A stretch of 64,000 bases of DNA from an uncultured bacterium (GCA_900548225.1 URJM01000002.1:4848-68847); one strand, 5' to 3'; positions 35,524-46,089 are shown, counted from the stretch's first letter. The notes: generated by a model not told the origin, from the sequence alone. Numbers and translations: made by a program.

Positions 35524-37275
35524 AAGCCTCCTTCTCCAGAGTTCCGGCGTATGTCCTGGCGCGTCGGCGTGTTCGGTCAGTGTTACTACCCCCAGGCTGT
35601 TGAGCCGTGCGAGGAGTTCGTCCGCATAATCGTCGGCCTTCCATGGTTCCGGCGGTGTCAGTCCCCTTTCCATTGCGCACATTGCCAGTGGCAGGACTGC
35701 GGCGATGATTCTGGGGCCGTATGTCGGTTTTTTCCCGAATCTTTCGCAGAGTTCCTCCCCTTCGTGCCAGAGGCTTAGCAGCACATCTTCGGGGAGCCAT
35801 CCCGTGGTTGTCATGGTATAGCAGTTGTCTGCGCCCTTTGCGAGTTCTGTCGTTGTATGGATGTATTTTCTGACGAACTCCGCCGCGGGGCCGTAGTATG
35901 GCTCCAGGAATTGGTCTATCAGCTCGAATGTATCGAGGTCGGGGTTCCACATAAGTTTCGAGAGCACCCAGTTCCTGAGTTCTGGAAGATCCGCCGCCCT
36001 GCCGCCGCCATTGCTGTTGTTCTGTTCGAAGACGGAGATTACGCCGCAGTCGCGGAAGAGGCGCATGTTCGGGGCGAATGTCGCCCAGTTCGGATGAGGC
36101 TGCCAATACTTTCTGAAGACAGTCACGTAGTCCCAGACGAGCATCTGCCTTGCCAGGGGCGCCCATCCAATCATGTCCTCGTGAAGGCGGCTGTTGGGGC
36201 CGGGCGTCTCAAGGGTCTGGAAGGATGCCGCCTCGATGGTGCAGCTCCGTATGGCGACGTTGTGCCTAGGCCAGATTGTCTTCGGAGGATTGCGTGTGAA
36301 TCTGTAGGCGAGGGTCTCCACAAGCACATCCGGGAATTCCTTCTCGACCGCCTCGGCCACCTCGTTGACAAAATCGATGTAGAGGTCGGTGATGTTGCCG
36401 TGCTTCTGGATGAAGTCGTTGCACTCGTCGCACTGGCAGTATCTCGTGTTGTCATTCTGACTGACTGAGATGAAGCCATAGCCAGGGTCGTCACGCAGCG
36501 CCTGAAGCGTCTCCTTGACCAGCTCTTCGCGCATCTCCCTGTTTGTCAGGCAAAGCTGGGAGTCACGACGGCGCGCCGCCTTCCTGAAGGGCTCCTTCCT
36601 GTAGGAATACCACTCGGGATGACGGTCAAAGTATTTGCCCGGCGGAAGAAGGATGTCGAAGGTGTGGACGAACATCCGGAAGCCAAGGTCCTTCCACCCC
36701 CCGTACCTGATGTCGTTGGGCTGGTAGCTGCCGTTGTTCCGAAGGTGGGAGTGAAAGGCAGGGTCACCACCTGTATTCTCGGAACTGACGGCGCGGATGT
36801 ATATCTCGGGCGCGTAGCGATAGTCCCACGGGGGAAGTTCCAGCGAGGAAGGGGAGGACGGTGTGATGGTGGCGTCGGCGGCAAGCCACATCACGCCAAG
36901 GGTCCGCTCCAGAAACTCGTAGACAGCATACAGGGTGCCACGGGGACGGGCGCCGCATAGGAAAAGACGGTCGCCGTCGCTGCGCAAAAATATCTCGTCC
37001 TTCCTGAATTCCTCCACCGACCCAAGCCCCATGAGGGACAACGCATCCCCCACGGGACCGACAACAAGCAGGGGACCGCTCAGGGTAGGGGAATACTCCA
37101 CCAACGGCAGAACCGCACCAGTACACAAACGTATGTACTCCCGAAGCTCCTCGCCTGCACAACGCTCGGCGGCTGTCGCCTCGGGTATCACCGCTATCCG
37201 ATAACTGGATAATGGAGCAGCATGACAAAAGGTGAAAAAAACTGACAAAAAGAGCAGGGGCAGGTAACGATTCAT
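35518..37275 (-). CDS. secreted DUF4838-like putative glycoside hydrolase
   Basis: Signal peptide MNRYLPLLFLSVFFTFCHA from the internal ATG at 37275 (the track start is TTG). The motif SVSQNDNTRYCQCDEC (CxCxxC) resembles DUF4838-family proteins. Family call tentative. Confidence 0.55.
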   Translation of the reverse strand: MNRYLPLLFLSVFFTFCHAAPLSSYRIAVIPEATAAERCAGEELREYIRLCTGAVLPLVEYSPTLSGPLLVVGPVGDALSLMGLGSVEEFRKDEIFLRSDGDRLFLCGARPRGTLYAVYEFLERTLGVMWLAADATITPSSPSSLELPPWDYRYAPEIYIRAVSSENTGGDPAFHSHLRNNGSYQPNDIRYGGWKDLGFRMFVHTFDILLPPGKYFDRHPEWYSYRKEPFRKAARRRDSQLCLTNREMREELVKETLQALRDDPGYGFISVSQNDNTRYCQCDECNDFIQKHGNITDLYIDFVNEVAEAVEKEFPDVLVETLAYRFTRNPPKTIWPRHNVAIRSCTIEAASFQTLETPGPNSRLHEDMIGWAPLARQMLVWDYVTVFRKYWQPHPNWATFAPNMRLFRDCGVISVFEQNNSNGGGRAADLPELRNWVLSKLMWNPDLDTFELIDQFLEPYYGPAAEFVRKYIHTTTELAKGADNCYTMTTTGWLPEDVLLSLWHEGEELCERFGKKPTYGPRIIAAVLPLAMCAMERGLTPPEPWKADDYADELLARLNSLGVVTLTEHADAPGHTPELWRRRLK

Positions 37276-37354
37276 TGAAAAAATCTCAGGTTGTCGGGCC
37301 AAGGGGTACGCAGAAGGCGTGGAATGGTGTAAATTAACCCTGTCGACAAAGTTT

Positions 37355-37430
37355 GCCAGAATAGCTCAGCTGGTAGAGCACTTGATTTGTAATCAGGCGG
37401 TCGTCGGTTCGAATCCGACTTCTGGCTCCA
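37355..37430 (+). tRNA. tRNA-Thr (anticodon UGU)
   Basis: GCCAGAA/TTCTGGC acceptor, TAGCTCAGCTGGTAGAGC D-arm, anticodon loop TTTGTAA, GGTTCGAATCC T-arm, encoded CCA. Confidence 0.85.
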
Positions 37431-37736
37431 TTTTTATAACTCGCTTGAAATAAGCATATTACGGCTTCCGAAATCCACGGAGGCCTTTCTTCTTTCCCCA
37501 GAAAAGGCAATTCCCGGGGCGGATGCTCTCCGTGTGGGAGGGATCGGGCTTCAAAATCCCTTGTCATTCGATGGTTCTGAATCCATAAGACGGAGTATAT
37601 TCAGGGATAATCTGCCTGGCGTCCTTATGCAGAAGTCCTTTGCGCCCTTGTTGGCATACGACTTGCTTTCTGTCGGGTAATGGAGTTTTCAGCCACGGTG
37701 AACCGCCCTGCGCGACCGGGCCATTTTCCGCACAAT

Positions 37737-38768
37737 ATGGAATTTTTCTCAAAAACAAGAATCCGTCTTTTGCTTTTTGCCGCGCTGGTGGGCTTTTCCC
37801 TTGTGCTTTGTGGCGCCGGGCTGCCTGCCGGCCTTGACGGAGTGAAGGAGCTCCTGGTTGCCTGGGAGATTACGGTCTCCTTCCCCGGGAGCGAATCCCC
37901 CCAGGTCGTCTATTTCGGGGTCGCCTCCGAGGAGTTCACGGGCGAAAGCGAGCTGCCCCCTGGCTCACCCGACCAGCAGGACGACCGAGTCGCATTCCAG
38001 AAGGGGCTGCTCTCCTACTCCACATGCGTCGCAAAGTGCCGTGACTTCCTGTCCATCGACATCTCCTCCTACGACCTGGTGCTTTCCAGGCAGGCCGACT
38101 CCGGAAAATGCCTCCTCTCGATACGCAGGATCGCCGGCGCACTCCCCGCGGGAAGTACGATTTCACTTGTTGCAAAGACGGGGGACGGGACGCCCCTCGC
38201 AGTATGGAACGACGCCACCGAAAGCAACGCCGTCACCACAAGCCTCCCTCCGGGAACCTACTCGATCCGCGTCAAATCCGACAAGAAGTACTACGACAAG
38301 TCCTTCACGGTCGCCCTCTCCCAGGGCTGGAACCTGGTCTCCCTGCCGTTCACGAGCCTGGCCTCCGCAAAGGTGGCCGGCCGAAATCTCCCCGGCGATG
38401 TCATGGCATTCCTGAGCCCGGATGAACTTGGAGGAGCCCTCCGCCAGGTCGAATCCCTCTCCGAACTCAATGACGGCACGGCCTTCTGGATCTACTCCGA
38501 GGCCGACGGCGCCAAGCTCGTGGCTTCCGGACGGGCGCCGCAAGGAGATTCGGGAGACGACTCGTTCTTCAATGAAGAGAGGCTCCGCCGCGTATGGAAC
38601 CTCCTCGGAATCGTCGCAGGAGTCGATGACTCCACCAGGGAATTCCTCCAGCCGACAAAAAATCTCCCGGAGGGCGTCTACACCTGGAACACGGCTTCCT
38701 CCCTGATGGTCAGAGCAACGGGTTTCCCTGAATTCGGAAAGGGGTACTTCGTCCCGTCTAAAAAGTAG
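37737..38768 (+). CDS. hypothetical secreted protein
   Basis: Internal ATG gives a signal-peptide-like N-terminus MEFFSKTRIRLLLFAALVGFSLVLCGA. No recognisable domain. Confidence 0.55.
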   Translation: MEFFSKTRIRLLLFAALVGFSLVLCGAGLPAGLDGVKELLVAWEITVSFPGSESPQVVYFGVASEEFTGESELPPGSPDQQDDRVAFQKGLLSYSTCVAKCRDFLSIDISSYDLVLSRQADSGKCLLSIRRIAGALPAGSTISLVAKTGDGTPLAVWNDATESNAVTTSLPPGTYSIRVKSDKKYYDKSFTVALSQGWNLVSLPFTSLASAKVAGRNLPGDVMAFLSPDELGGALRQVESLSELNDGTAFWIYSEADGAKLVASGRAPQGDSGDDSFFNEERLRRVWNLLGIVAGVDDSTREFLQPTKNLPEGVYTWNTASSLMVRATGFPEFGKGYFVPSKK

Positions 38769-38934
38769 CTCCAACAACCGAATCAAGAAGCATAAAACAG
38801 GTGAAATTTTCCTTCCGTCCGCTATATTGGAAGGCTTACATGAATTCGTTTCCCTGCGCGTGGGTTGCAGGGGTTCACTCCTTTCATATCACATAAGAAA
38901 ACGACTCCTTCATCAAAGAGGTATCCATAGCAAG

Positions 38935-40230
38935 ATGAAAAGAACAACAGGTATCCTGGCCGTTCTCGTTCTCACGTTGACGGCGACTGTCTGGGCGGCT
39001 TCCCCCTTCACGGTGAATGTCAGGGTCGGCTCCGCCACCGCCGCGCCGTCCCTGGTCTTCGGCCAGGGCAACTCCGCCGTCCAAAGCCCGTTCCCTCCCT
39101 TCTCGATGCCCTTCGGAGTGAAGGACATCTTCCTGGCCAACCCCGCGAACTTCGGGGGCACGGCAGGTGTCAGCGGCGACATGGCGCGCCTCGGGACTGA
39201 CATCCGCACGACATCCGACGACAACCAGTGGGTGCTCGTCGTCGCCAGCGACGCAGTCGTCTACTTCACCTACGACAATGGAGACCAGCCGCTCTATGTG
39301 AAGGGCGACAAGGACGATGCGGCGACGCTGATTGTCGACGCGGCCGCCTTCCAGGTGAAGGCGGGCGTCAACTACACGGTCAGCCAGAGGGATGACGCGG
39401 AGGTTGTCACCCCCGCGCAGGATCCCAAGAACTATGTCGTCTACCTCACCCAGGACGAGGCGACGAAGGAGTATGTCTCCGGCAAGCAGACGGTTGAGGT
39501 CGCCGGCTCCAAGGTCCGCCTGAACATCGTCAAGGGCGACGAGGAACTCTACCTCGGATGGACGCCCGCGGGCGAGACGAAGTGGTACGGCCCCTTCCCG
39601 GCACTGGACGAGGTCGCGGAGAAGCCCGCCGCCGCATGGTGCATTGAAACCAATGTCCAGCCCGCCGCCATTGAAATCGCCGACGGCGCCGCCACGTTCT
39701 CCTTTGCCGGCGGCTCCTCCAATAACACGATTGAGCTGACCGCAACCTCGAAGAAGGGCGGCCTCAAGGCACTCTCAGCCACTGCGCTCGAAGAGGATGG
39801 CACCCCGATCGCTACCATCAACTGGGTCATCATCTCCACGGGCACCCTCGACTTCGACGGCAACGGCGTGATCGATGAAAACGATGTGACCTACTTCTAT
39901 AACTATGTTGGGAATGATTTGCCCGACGCGGGCGATGACTCCTTCGACTGGACCGGCCTTGATCAGCATCTTAAGGTCACTCCCACCCAGCAGCAGCTCG
40001 AGACCGCGCTTGCCACCCTCCAGGGCATGAAGCCATTGCTCGATTTCGATGAAAACGGCATAATCGATGAAAACGATGTGACCTACTTCTATAACTATGT
40101 TGGGAATGATTTGCCTGACGCGGGCGATGACTCCTTCGACTGGACTGGCCTTGATCAGCATCTTAAGGTCATTCCCACCCAACAGCAGCTTGAGACCGCG
40201 CTGAGGAATCTCCAGAGGCTCAAGAAGTAG
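38935..40230 (+). CDS. secreted protein with a C-terminal tandem 64-aa dockerin/EF-hand-like repeat
   Basis: RBS AAAGAGG. Signal peptide MKRTTGILAVLVLTLTATVWA. Two near-identical C-terminal repeats contain the Ca-binding-loop-like motif DFDGNGVIDENDV. Confidence 0.7.
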   Translation: MKRTTGILAVLVLTLTATVWAASPFTVNVRVGSATAAPSLVFGQGNSAVQSPFPPFSMPFGVKDIFLANPANFGGTAGVSGDMARLGTDIRTTSDDNQWVLVVASDAVVYFTYDNGDQPLYVKGDKDDAATLIVDAAAFQVKAGVNYTVSQRDDAEVVTPAQDPKNYVVYLTQDEATKEYVSGKQTVEVAGSKVRLNIVKGDEELYLGWTPAGETKWYGPFPALDEVAEKPAAAWCIETNVQPAAIEIADGAATFSFAGGSSNNTIELTATSKKGGLKALSATALEEDGTPIATINWVIISTGTLDFDGNGVIDENDVTYFYNYVGNDLPDAGDDSFDWTGLDQHLKVTPTQQQLETALATLQGMKPLLDFDENGIIDENDVTYFYNYVGNDLPDAGDDSFDWTGLDQHLKVIPTQQQLETALRNLQRLKK

Positions 40231-40293
40231 GCGAGGAAGGTAACAGATTTAGGTTCGTATAATCCGTGCATCTCTTGAAACAAGGAGAAATAG

Positions 40294-43200
40294 ATGATCT
40301 CTCTTAGAAACAAATCATTTGGAAAGGCGGCTCTCGCGGTCGCCCTCTTCGTGGCATTCCTTGTGCCCCAGGTCGCCAGCGCAAGGTGGAAGTCAGAGTT
40401 CATCTCGGGCTCCATCACAAACGGACAATTCCTCGAAGGAAAGTACATCGACGGCATCTCCGAAAAGGCCGCTGTCCAGTGGTGGATTACAAATGACGAT
40501 GAGGGCATCAGCAATTTGTTGTTCACGCTTAGCAAGGGCGCAGACATGCAGTGGCTCAGCTCTAAATCGGAGGAAATATCTGAAACCACCATTTTGGAGC
40601 CGTGGTGTGGTCCTATGGCTGGAACGAAAGTTCGCCTCAGAGTCAGTGCGCCTCCCACGAAAGCCAGCCCCGCCAATCTTCCTCGCTTCCTGGCAATCAC
40701 CGTTTACTACAAGATTACGAATGTCAACGGGACTGCATTCACCCCAACGGCCGATTTGCTCCAGGCGTCCTCGTCTATGAACAGTAACTATACGGATATC
40801 GACGTCATCGGTCCCACCGCGCTCTCCGTCCTCAAGGGCTTTAACTTCAAGACCATTGGCAACTACGAGATGGACGAGGACAAGGATTCCCTGGTCATCG
40901 CGGCGACCGACAGCAACTTCGAGTGCCTGGCCTGGGACGGCAATGACGTAGTCCCCAGCACGGCCGTCGCATTCAGCGAAGCATCCATCGAATCCTCCAC
41001 CCAGGGTACGGTCTCCGTCGTCGATGGAAAGATCGTCTACACCCCGGCAGAGCGCTTCCTGGGCACGGCCAAGATCGAATACAAGGCAATCCCCACCGGC
41101 GTTGACAATCCAGCCGGCGCAACCGGCACGGTCACGGTCACTGTCAAGGACGTCGACGACAGGCCGGTCATCACCGTCAACCCCCAGAAGCCCTACACCC
41201 TCGTCTTCAATGAAGGCATGCCGGTCAACTACCCCGGCAACGGTACGGAGCTCTACTTCATCGAGACCGAGAATGACATCGAGGATCCCTCGCTCCTCGA
41301 GGACGCGGTGCTGACACTCACCTCCGCAGGATACGACCCCATCGTCCTGAATGTGAAGCTTGTCAAGGACGGCGATGCCTCCGGCGACGACACCTTCTTC
41401 ATGGTTGACTTCAACGGCGTGACCGACATCATCCCCTTCACCGCCGTCCGCCATCCCGCCACCACCGTCAACTACACTGGCGTCCTCGCCATGACCGACG
41501 GCGGCGAGAAGGCATACGAAGTGGAGCTGGGCGGCCTCGCCGTCACGGTCAATGACACCGACCGCGCCCCGGAAATCGCCTTCGCCGGACTTACCGCAGC
41601 CTCCGGCTATCTGCAGAAGGATGGCGACACCTGGCAGATGAAGGCCGACACGGTCCTGAACACCCCCGCATTCAACTTCTCCGATCCCGATGAGGAGGAC
41701 GAACCCTCGCTGGAAATCGCATACGTCCTGGCCGACGGCAGCGACTCCGCCACCCCAGTCATGGTCAAGGGCGGCATGACCGACATCAAGGGCATCGTCA
41801 CCTCCAATGGCAAGACCGCCGAGGCGATCATCCCCGTGGCAGTCATCAACAGCGAGCCTGTCCTTTCCTCCGAGACCGCGCAGATCTTCATCCAGCGCGG
41901 CGGCACCAGCTTCACCGGCACCACCCAGTTCACCGTGACCGACGCAGACGGCGTGACTGACATCCGCATCCTCAACGCGGACGGCGCGGATGCCGACTCC
42001 TTCGACGTCACCGGCGGACTCGGCGGCAAGGTCGAACTGACCGCATACGGGCTCCAGGGCCTCACCCGCACCTTCACACTCACATATACCGTCCCGGAGG
42101 ATAACCAGGGCAGCGAAAGCGACCTCGCTGGCCAGGCAATCCTCAAGGTCACTGACTTCGCTGGAGAGGTGCAGAAGATCCTGACCGTCACCATCGAATT
42201 CAAGGAGAATCCCGCCCCCGCAGTCGCCTTCGACGTCGCATCCTTCGAAATCGCCGAAGTCAACGCTGACGGCACTCCCGCCACCATCGAGTTCACTGTC
42301 ACCGCCACTGACAGCGGCGTGGTGCTGCCCTCCGGAGTCTCCGCAATCGACGTGGCCGCCCCCGCCGGCTGGACTGTCACCCCCAAGGGCGACGCAGTCT
42401 ACGGCACCTCCACCACTGGAGTCTTCACCGCGACAGAGACCTTCACCGTCACCACGAAGGGATATGACACCATCGTGAACGACGCCTCCGGCAAGCGCCC
42501 GCGCACCAAGGACTTCTCCATCGAAGTCAGCGCGAAGGACGCTGTCACCAGCGCCAGCGGCCCCGCCTCCACCGTCGCAGTGACCGTCACCGATGTCAAC
42601 CGCGCTCCTTCCGCTCCGACCGCCGTCGCACAGACCCCCGACAGCGACAAGGCTGTCTTCGATGATACCCTGCAGGCCACCTTCTCGGGCTCCATCGATG
42701 CAGACGGCGATGAGCCCGCCTACGCACTCGCATGGTCCTACAGCACCGACGGCACCAGCTTCACCGCACTCGCCGAAACCGGCGACTCGCTGGACAACGG
42801 CGACGCTGTCAGGAAGGGCAACACCGTCAAGGTCGTCGCAAAGGCATACGACATGCCATACGGCGACGCCGCCGACAAGGAGTCCGATGGAACATACGAG
42901 GCCACCTGGACAATCGGCAATACGGCTCCATACTTCTCAAGCATTGGCGACAACACCATCGGAGACGATCCGGCCCTGCCCCTCACCTATACGATCACTG
43001 CAGTCGAGGGCGGCGACCCCGTCTCATTCAACCTGCTTGGCGTCGACGTGGACCTCGACAAGCTGACCTACGGCTTCGACGCCCTCGATGAGAAGGTCGG
43101 AACCATCGCCCTCGCCGAGAGCGCCAACGGCGGCATGACCGTCACCTTCACTCCCAAGAATGGTTTCAACACCAAGGGCGTCGATCCGGATTCCCTGCCC

Positions 43201-44859
43201 AAGGTCGGCTTCAGCCTGAAGGACAGCGACGGCGCCAACTCCCAGAACACCGCCACCCTCGCGATTCAGGTCACCGAGGTCAACGACGCCCCGTCTGTCG
43301 TGGATGCCTCCGACTATGTCCTGCCCGACCAGCTTGGCGTTGAACGCACCATGGAGTTCACCGTCCAGATGGGTCTCGGAGAGGATGACCAGGTGCTTAC
43401 CGCCGCCGTCATCAAGTCCGTCATCGACGCGAACAGCATTCTGGACGGCGAGCCCGCCATCGAATTCCAGGAGAAGAGCGTCACCTTGACATACAAGGTC
43501 AAGAGCGATGCCCCGCTCGGCAAGGGCGCGGTCATCAACTTCGGATTCACCGACAACGGCACCACCAACGGCGTGGAAGACTTCAAGGAAGGCTTTGGCA
43601 GCCTTGCGATCTACATTGGAGCAACCCCATGGTATCCGATCATCACCTTCGATTGCGTCGATCCCGAAAACCACGTTGACGGACATGTCGTCAGGCTCTT
43701 CGATGAGACTGGCTTCGAACTCCCGCTCGTCATCCGCGGAGACCGCAGAAGCCTCCTGCCCGCAGACTACTATGAAGTCGGCTTCAAGGGCTTCGAGGAA
43801 AACACCTCCGTTGACTACGAGGTCCGCGTCTGGTCAATGACCGACGGCGACACCGGAGTCATCTGCGGCGATGGTGATGCCAAGAAGGTTGAAATCGACG
43901 AGTACGGCCTGCCCGGCGAGGCGACCGCCGCCGCTCCCGAGGCCACTGCAGACGATGAGGGCTGGGTGAGACTGCCTTCCATCAACGTCCCCATGTCCCG
44001 CGACTACATCCTCAGCGTCGTCAACGGCAATGGCGAGACCGTCCAGACAATCGGCCCCAACAGCTTCGAGCCCAACGAAAGCGGCATGATCATCTCCGAG
44101 GCTGCCGGAATCGAGCTCCAGATCCCCGTGGCCGGCGAATACTCCCTCTATGTCCAGGGCATCAACCCCAATGGGGAAGGCCCGAACACCGAGGTTCTGA
44201 CAATCCACGTGCCCGAATCCAGCGACGCGGTCCTCGCCTGGACCAACGCCCCTGCGTTCATGCCCGCCGACGGCAAGATCCTGACCAGCGGCACCGTCAA
44301 GATGGCCTGGCCAGTCGCAACCCACGCCCAGGAGTACAGCCTGAAGATCTTCGATGCGGACGGCAAGCTCATCAAGAGCGAGGATGGAATCTCCGGCACC
44401 ACGACCACAGTCAGCCTGGACATCAGCGAGGAGATCGCCAACTACAGCTGGTATGTGACCGCTAAGAATGGCAACAACACCCTTGACTCCGGAATGCACC
44501 AGTTCTCGCTGGCGACCACCACGAAGGACCTTGTCATCACCGGCGTCTTCGCGCACAGGGGCAAGATCGTCATCATCACCGATGGACTCCTCGACGAGAG
44601 CCTGGATGTCGTGATGGACTACCAGTTCTTCTCCATCGCCGACTTCGCATGGTACAACGGCTACGGGACCCCCGTCGAAATCGTCACCGGCGAACAGTCT
44701 GGCTCCAAGCACAGGGAGCTGAAGCTGCCCGACTCCATCTACGAGTTCACTCCCAAGGTGGGCGACTACATCGTCATCACGGTCTATGTCGACGGCAAGA
44801 AGACCAGCGACCTGGTCGTCTACCAGCTCCAGGAGTATCCGTTCCCGCATGGCATATAG
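40294..44859 (+). CDS. giant secreted cadherin-repeat surface protein (1521 aa)
   Basis: RBS AAGGAG. Signal peptide MISLRNKSFGKAALAVALFVAFLVPQVASA. Multiple cadherin-like boundary motifs (VTVKDVDDRPVITV, VTVNDTDRAPEIAF, VTVTDVNRAPSAPT, VTEVNDAPSVVD). Confidence 0.85.
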   Translation: MISLRNKSFGKAALAVALFVAFLVPQVASARWKSEFISGSITNGQFLEGKYIDGISEKAAVQWWITNDDEGISNLLFTLSKGADMQWLSSKSEEISETTILEPWCGPMAGTKVRLRVSAPPTKASPANLPRFLAITVYYKITNVNGTAFTPTADLLQASSSMNSNYTDIDVIGPTALSVLKGFNFKTIGNYEMDEDKDSLVIAATDSNFECLAWDGNDVVPSTAVAFSEASIESSTQGTVSVVDGKIVYTPAERFLGTAKIEYKAIPTGVDNPAGATGTVTVTVKDVDDRPVITVNPQKPYTLVFNEGMPVNYPGNGTELYFIETENDIEDPSLLEDAVLTLTSAGYDPIVLNVKLVKDGDASGDDTFFMVDFNGVTDIIPFTAVRHPATTVNYTGVLAMTDGGEKAYEVELGGLAVTVNDTDRAPEIAFAGLTAASGYLQKDGDTWQMKADTVLNTPAFNFSDPDEEDEPSLEIAYVLADGSDSATPVMVKGGMTDIKGIVTSNGKTAEAIIPVAVINSEPVLSSETAQIFIQRGGTSFTGTTQFTVTDADGVTDIRILNADGADADSFDVTGGLGGKVELTAYGLQGLTRTFTLTYTVPEDNQGSESDLAGQAILKVTDFAGEVQKILTVTIEFKENPAPAVAFDVASFEIAEVNADGTPATIEFTVTATDSGVVLPSGVSAIDVAAPAGWTVTPKGDAVYGTSTTGVFTATETFTVTTKGYDTIVNDASGKRPRTKDFSIEVSAKDAVTSASGPASTVAVTVTDVNRAPSAPTAVAQTPDSDKAVFDDTLQATFSGSIDADGDEPAYALAWSYSTDGTSFTALAETGDSLDNGDAVRKGNTVKVVAKAYDMPYGDAADKESDGTYEATWTIGNTAPYFSSIGDNTIGDDPALPLTYTITAVEGGDPVSFNLLGVDVDLDKLTYGFDALDEKVGTIALAESANGGMTVTFTPKNGFNTKGVDPDSLPKVGFSLKDSDGANSQNTATLAIQVTEVNDAPSVVDASDYVLPDQLGVERTMEFTVQMGLGEDDQVLTAAVIKSVIDANSILDGEPAIEFQEKSVTLTYKVKSDAPLGKGAVINFGFTDNGTTNGVEDFKEGFGSLAIYIGATPWYPIITFDCVDPENHVDGHVVRLFDETGFELPLVIRGDRRSLLPADYYEVGFKGFEENTSVDYEVRVWSMTDGDTGVICGDGDAKKVEIDEYGLPGEATAAAPEATADDEGWVRLPSINVPMSRDYILSVVNGNGETVQTIGPNSFEPNESGMIISEAAGIELQIPVAGEYSLYVQGINPNGEGPNTEVLTIHVPESSDAVLAWTNAPAFMPADGKILTSGTVKMAWPVATHAQEYSLKIFDADGKLIKSEDGISGTTTTVSLDISEEIANYSWYVTAKNGNNTLDSGMHQFSLATTTKDLVITGVFAHRGKIVIITDGLLDESLDVVMDYQFFSIADFAWYNGYGTPVEIVTGEQSGSKHRELKLPDSIYEFTPKVGDYIVITVYVDGKKTSDLVVYQLQEYPFPHGI

Positions 44860-44955
44860 CAGTCCTGGCTGATGCCGCCTGGGTGAATCCGGGCGGCATC
44901 TCCGCTGCATGAAAATCATCTTTAACTCCATAAAACCACAAAGGAGAACCAATCA

Positions 44956-45954
44956 GTGAAAAAGTCACTTCTTTTCGTATTTGGCTGCCTGCTTGCGATT
45001 GGACTGTACGCCCAGGAGGCGGAGGTCCCTGCCGTCGAGCAGGAGCAGCAGGAACCCGCCGCGCCAGTCTTCGAGGCAACAGAGTTCGGCGGCGACTGGA
45101 GCATCAATGTCGGCCTGAGCTATCGTGACTTCAAGCGTCCCAAGTTTGGCGGAGCGACCAGCCCCTCCTTCACGGGATATGTCTTCAACGAGGCCACGGG
45201 CGAATTCTCCGCTCCCTCGGACGCGACCCTGGGCGCAGCCTGGGCAGCCCGCAACTACACCAGCGGTGCCACAGGCGTCGGACGCCTCACCTTCGGTGAT
45301 TTCGGCGGCGCATCCATCAGCGGAAAGGGAACCTACGGCAACGCAGACCAGACAGCGCCGGCAGTCGGATTCTCAACCAGCATCTGGTCAAAGGATCAGT
45401 TCGATGTGGCGTTCGTCGGAAACTTCCAGTTCTTCTCAATGGATTCCGGCGACAAGATGGTCGGTTCCGGCGACACCAAGTGCTACGACCTCTTCGTCGG
45501 CAAGAAGGACGGGCACTATCTCATCAACCAGGGTAGCCAGCAGCTGCCTTCCACCGCCACCGGCAACACCGACCTGAAGGCATTCGGTTCCTCCAAGTTC
45601 GATATGCAGCTCTACGTCTTCGACATCGGTCTCTCGCTGGGCTACAACTTCGACAATGGCGTGCGCGCCTTCGTGGCGGCAGGTCCGAGCCTCTCCCTGG
45701 CCGACATGGAGACCAGCTCCCGCATCTCCATCGGTTCCGGCGATTCCCGCAAGACCCTCGGCGGCCGCGCCAACGAAGTCGAATTCAACTGGGGACTCTA
45801 TGCGTCCGCAGGCGCAGGCTATTGGTTCAGCGAGGCAGTCGGCCTGACCGCCGAGCTGCGCTACGACAAGGGCTTCGGCGATGTCGGAACCCGCTATGTC
45901 AGCCAGAGCCTCAATACCCTGGGCGGACAGCTGAAACTCCAGTTCCGCTTCTAA
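44956..45954 (+). CDS. outer-membrane beta-barrel protein (porin/OmpA-like fold)
   Basis: GTG start 9 nt after AAGGAG. Signal peptide MKKSLLFVFGCLLAIGLYA. Alternating amphipathic strands. C-terminus ends LKLQFRF (aromatic terminal residue typical of OMPs). Confidence 0.7.
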   Translation: MKKSLLFVFGCLLAIGLYAQEAEVPAVEQEQQEPAAPVFEATEFGGDWSINVGLSYRDFKRPKFGGATSPSFTGYVFNEATGEFSAPSDATLGAAWAARNYTSGATGVGRLTFGDFGGASISGKGTYGNADQTAPAVGFSTSIWSKDQFDVAFVGNFQFFSMDSGDKMVGSGDTKCYDLFVGKKDGHYLINQGSQQLPSTATGNTDLKAFGSSKFDMQLYVFDIGLSLGYNFDNGVRAFVAAGPSLSLADMETSSRISIGSGDSRKTLGGRANEVEFNWGLYASAGAGYWFSEAVGLTAELRYDKGFGDVGTRYVSQSLNTLGGQLKLQFRF

Positions 45955-45990
45955 TGCGAGAGCCGCGCTTTTCATAGAAAAGACGACTGC

Positions 45991-46031
45991 AGAGGGCGCC
46001 TTCCTTCCCATGGGATGCGCCCTCTTTTTTT
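45991..46031 (+). terminator. rho-independent terminator after the OMP gene (stem agagggcgc/gcgccctct plus T7)
   Basis: Read directly. It also overlaps the track start codon of the next ORF, which argues against that start. Confidence 0.55.
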
Positions 46032-46089
46032 CGAGACGGCAAAAACAAAGCCCATTCGACTGCGCACAGTAAACCAACACGTTACGCAA

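Noticed and set aside
35338-35525. Possible CRISPR array (41-bp repeats, 21-24-bp spacers)
   Set aside because: Repeats degenerate (about 93% identity), spacers too short and partly self-similar, only three units, no cas genes in 64 kb. Treated as a minisatellite-like repeat.
46015-46089. ATG at 46015 as start of the PD40/cadherin protein
   Set aside because: It lies inside the hairpin of the upstream gene's rho-independent terminator. The in-frame GTG at 46090 yields a textbook signal peptide.
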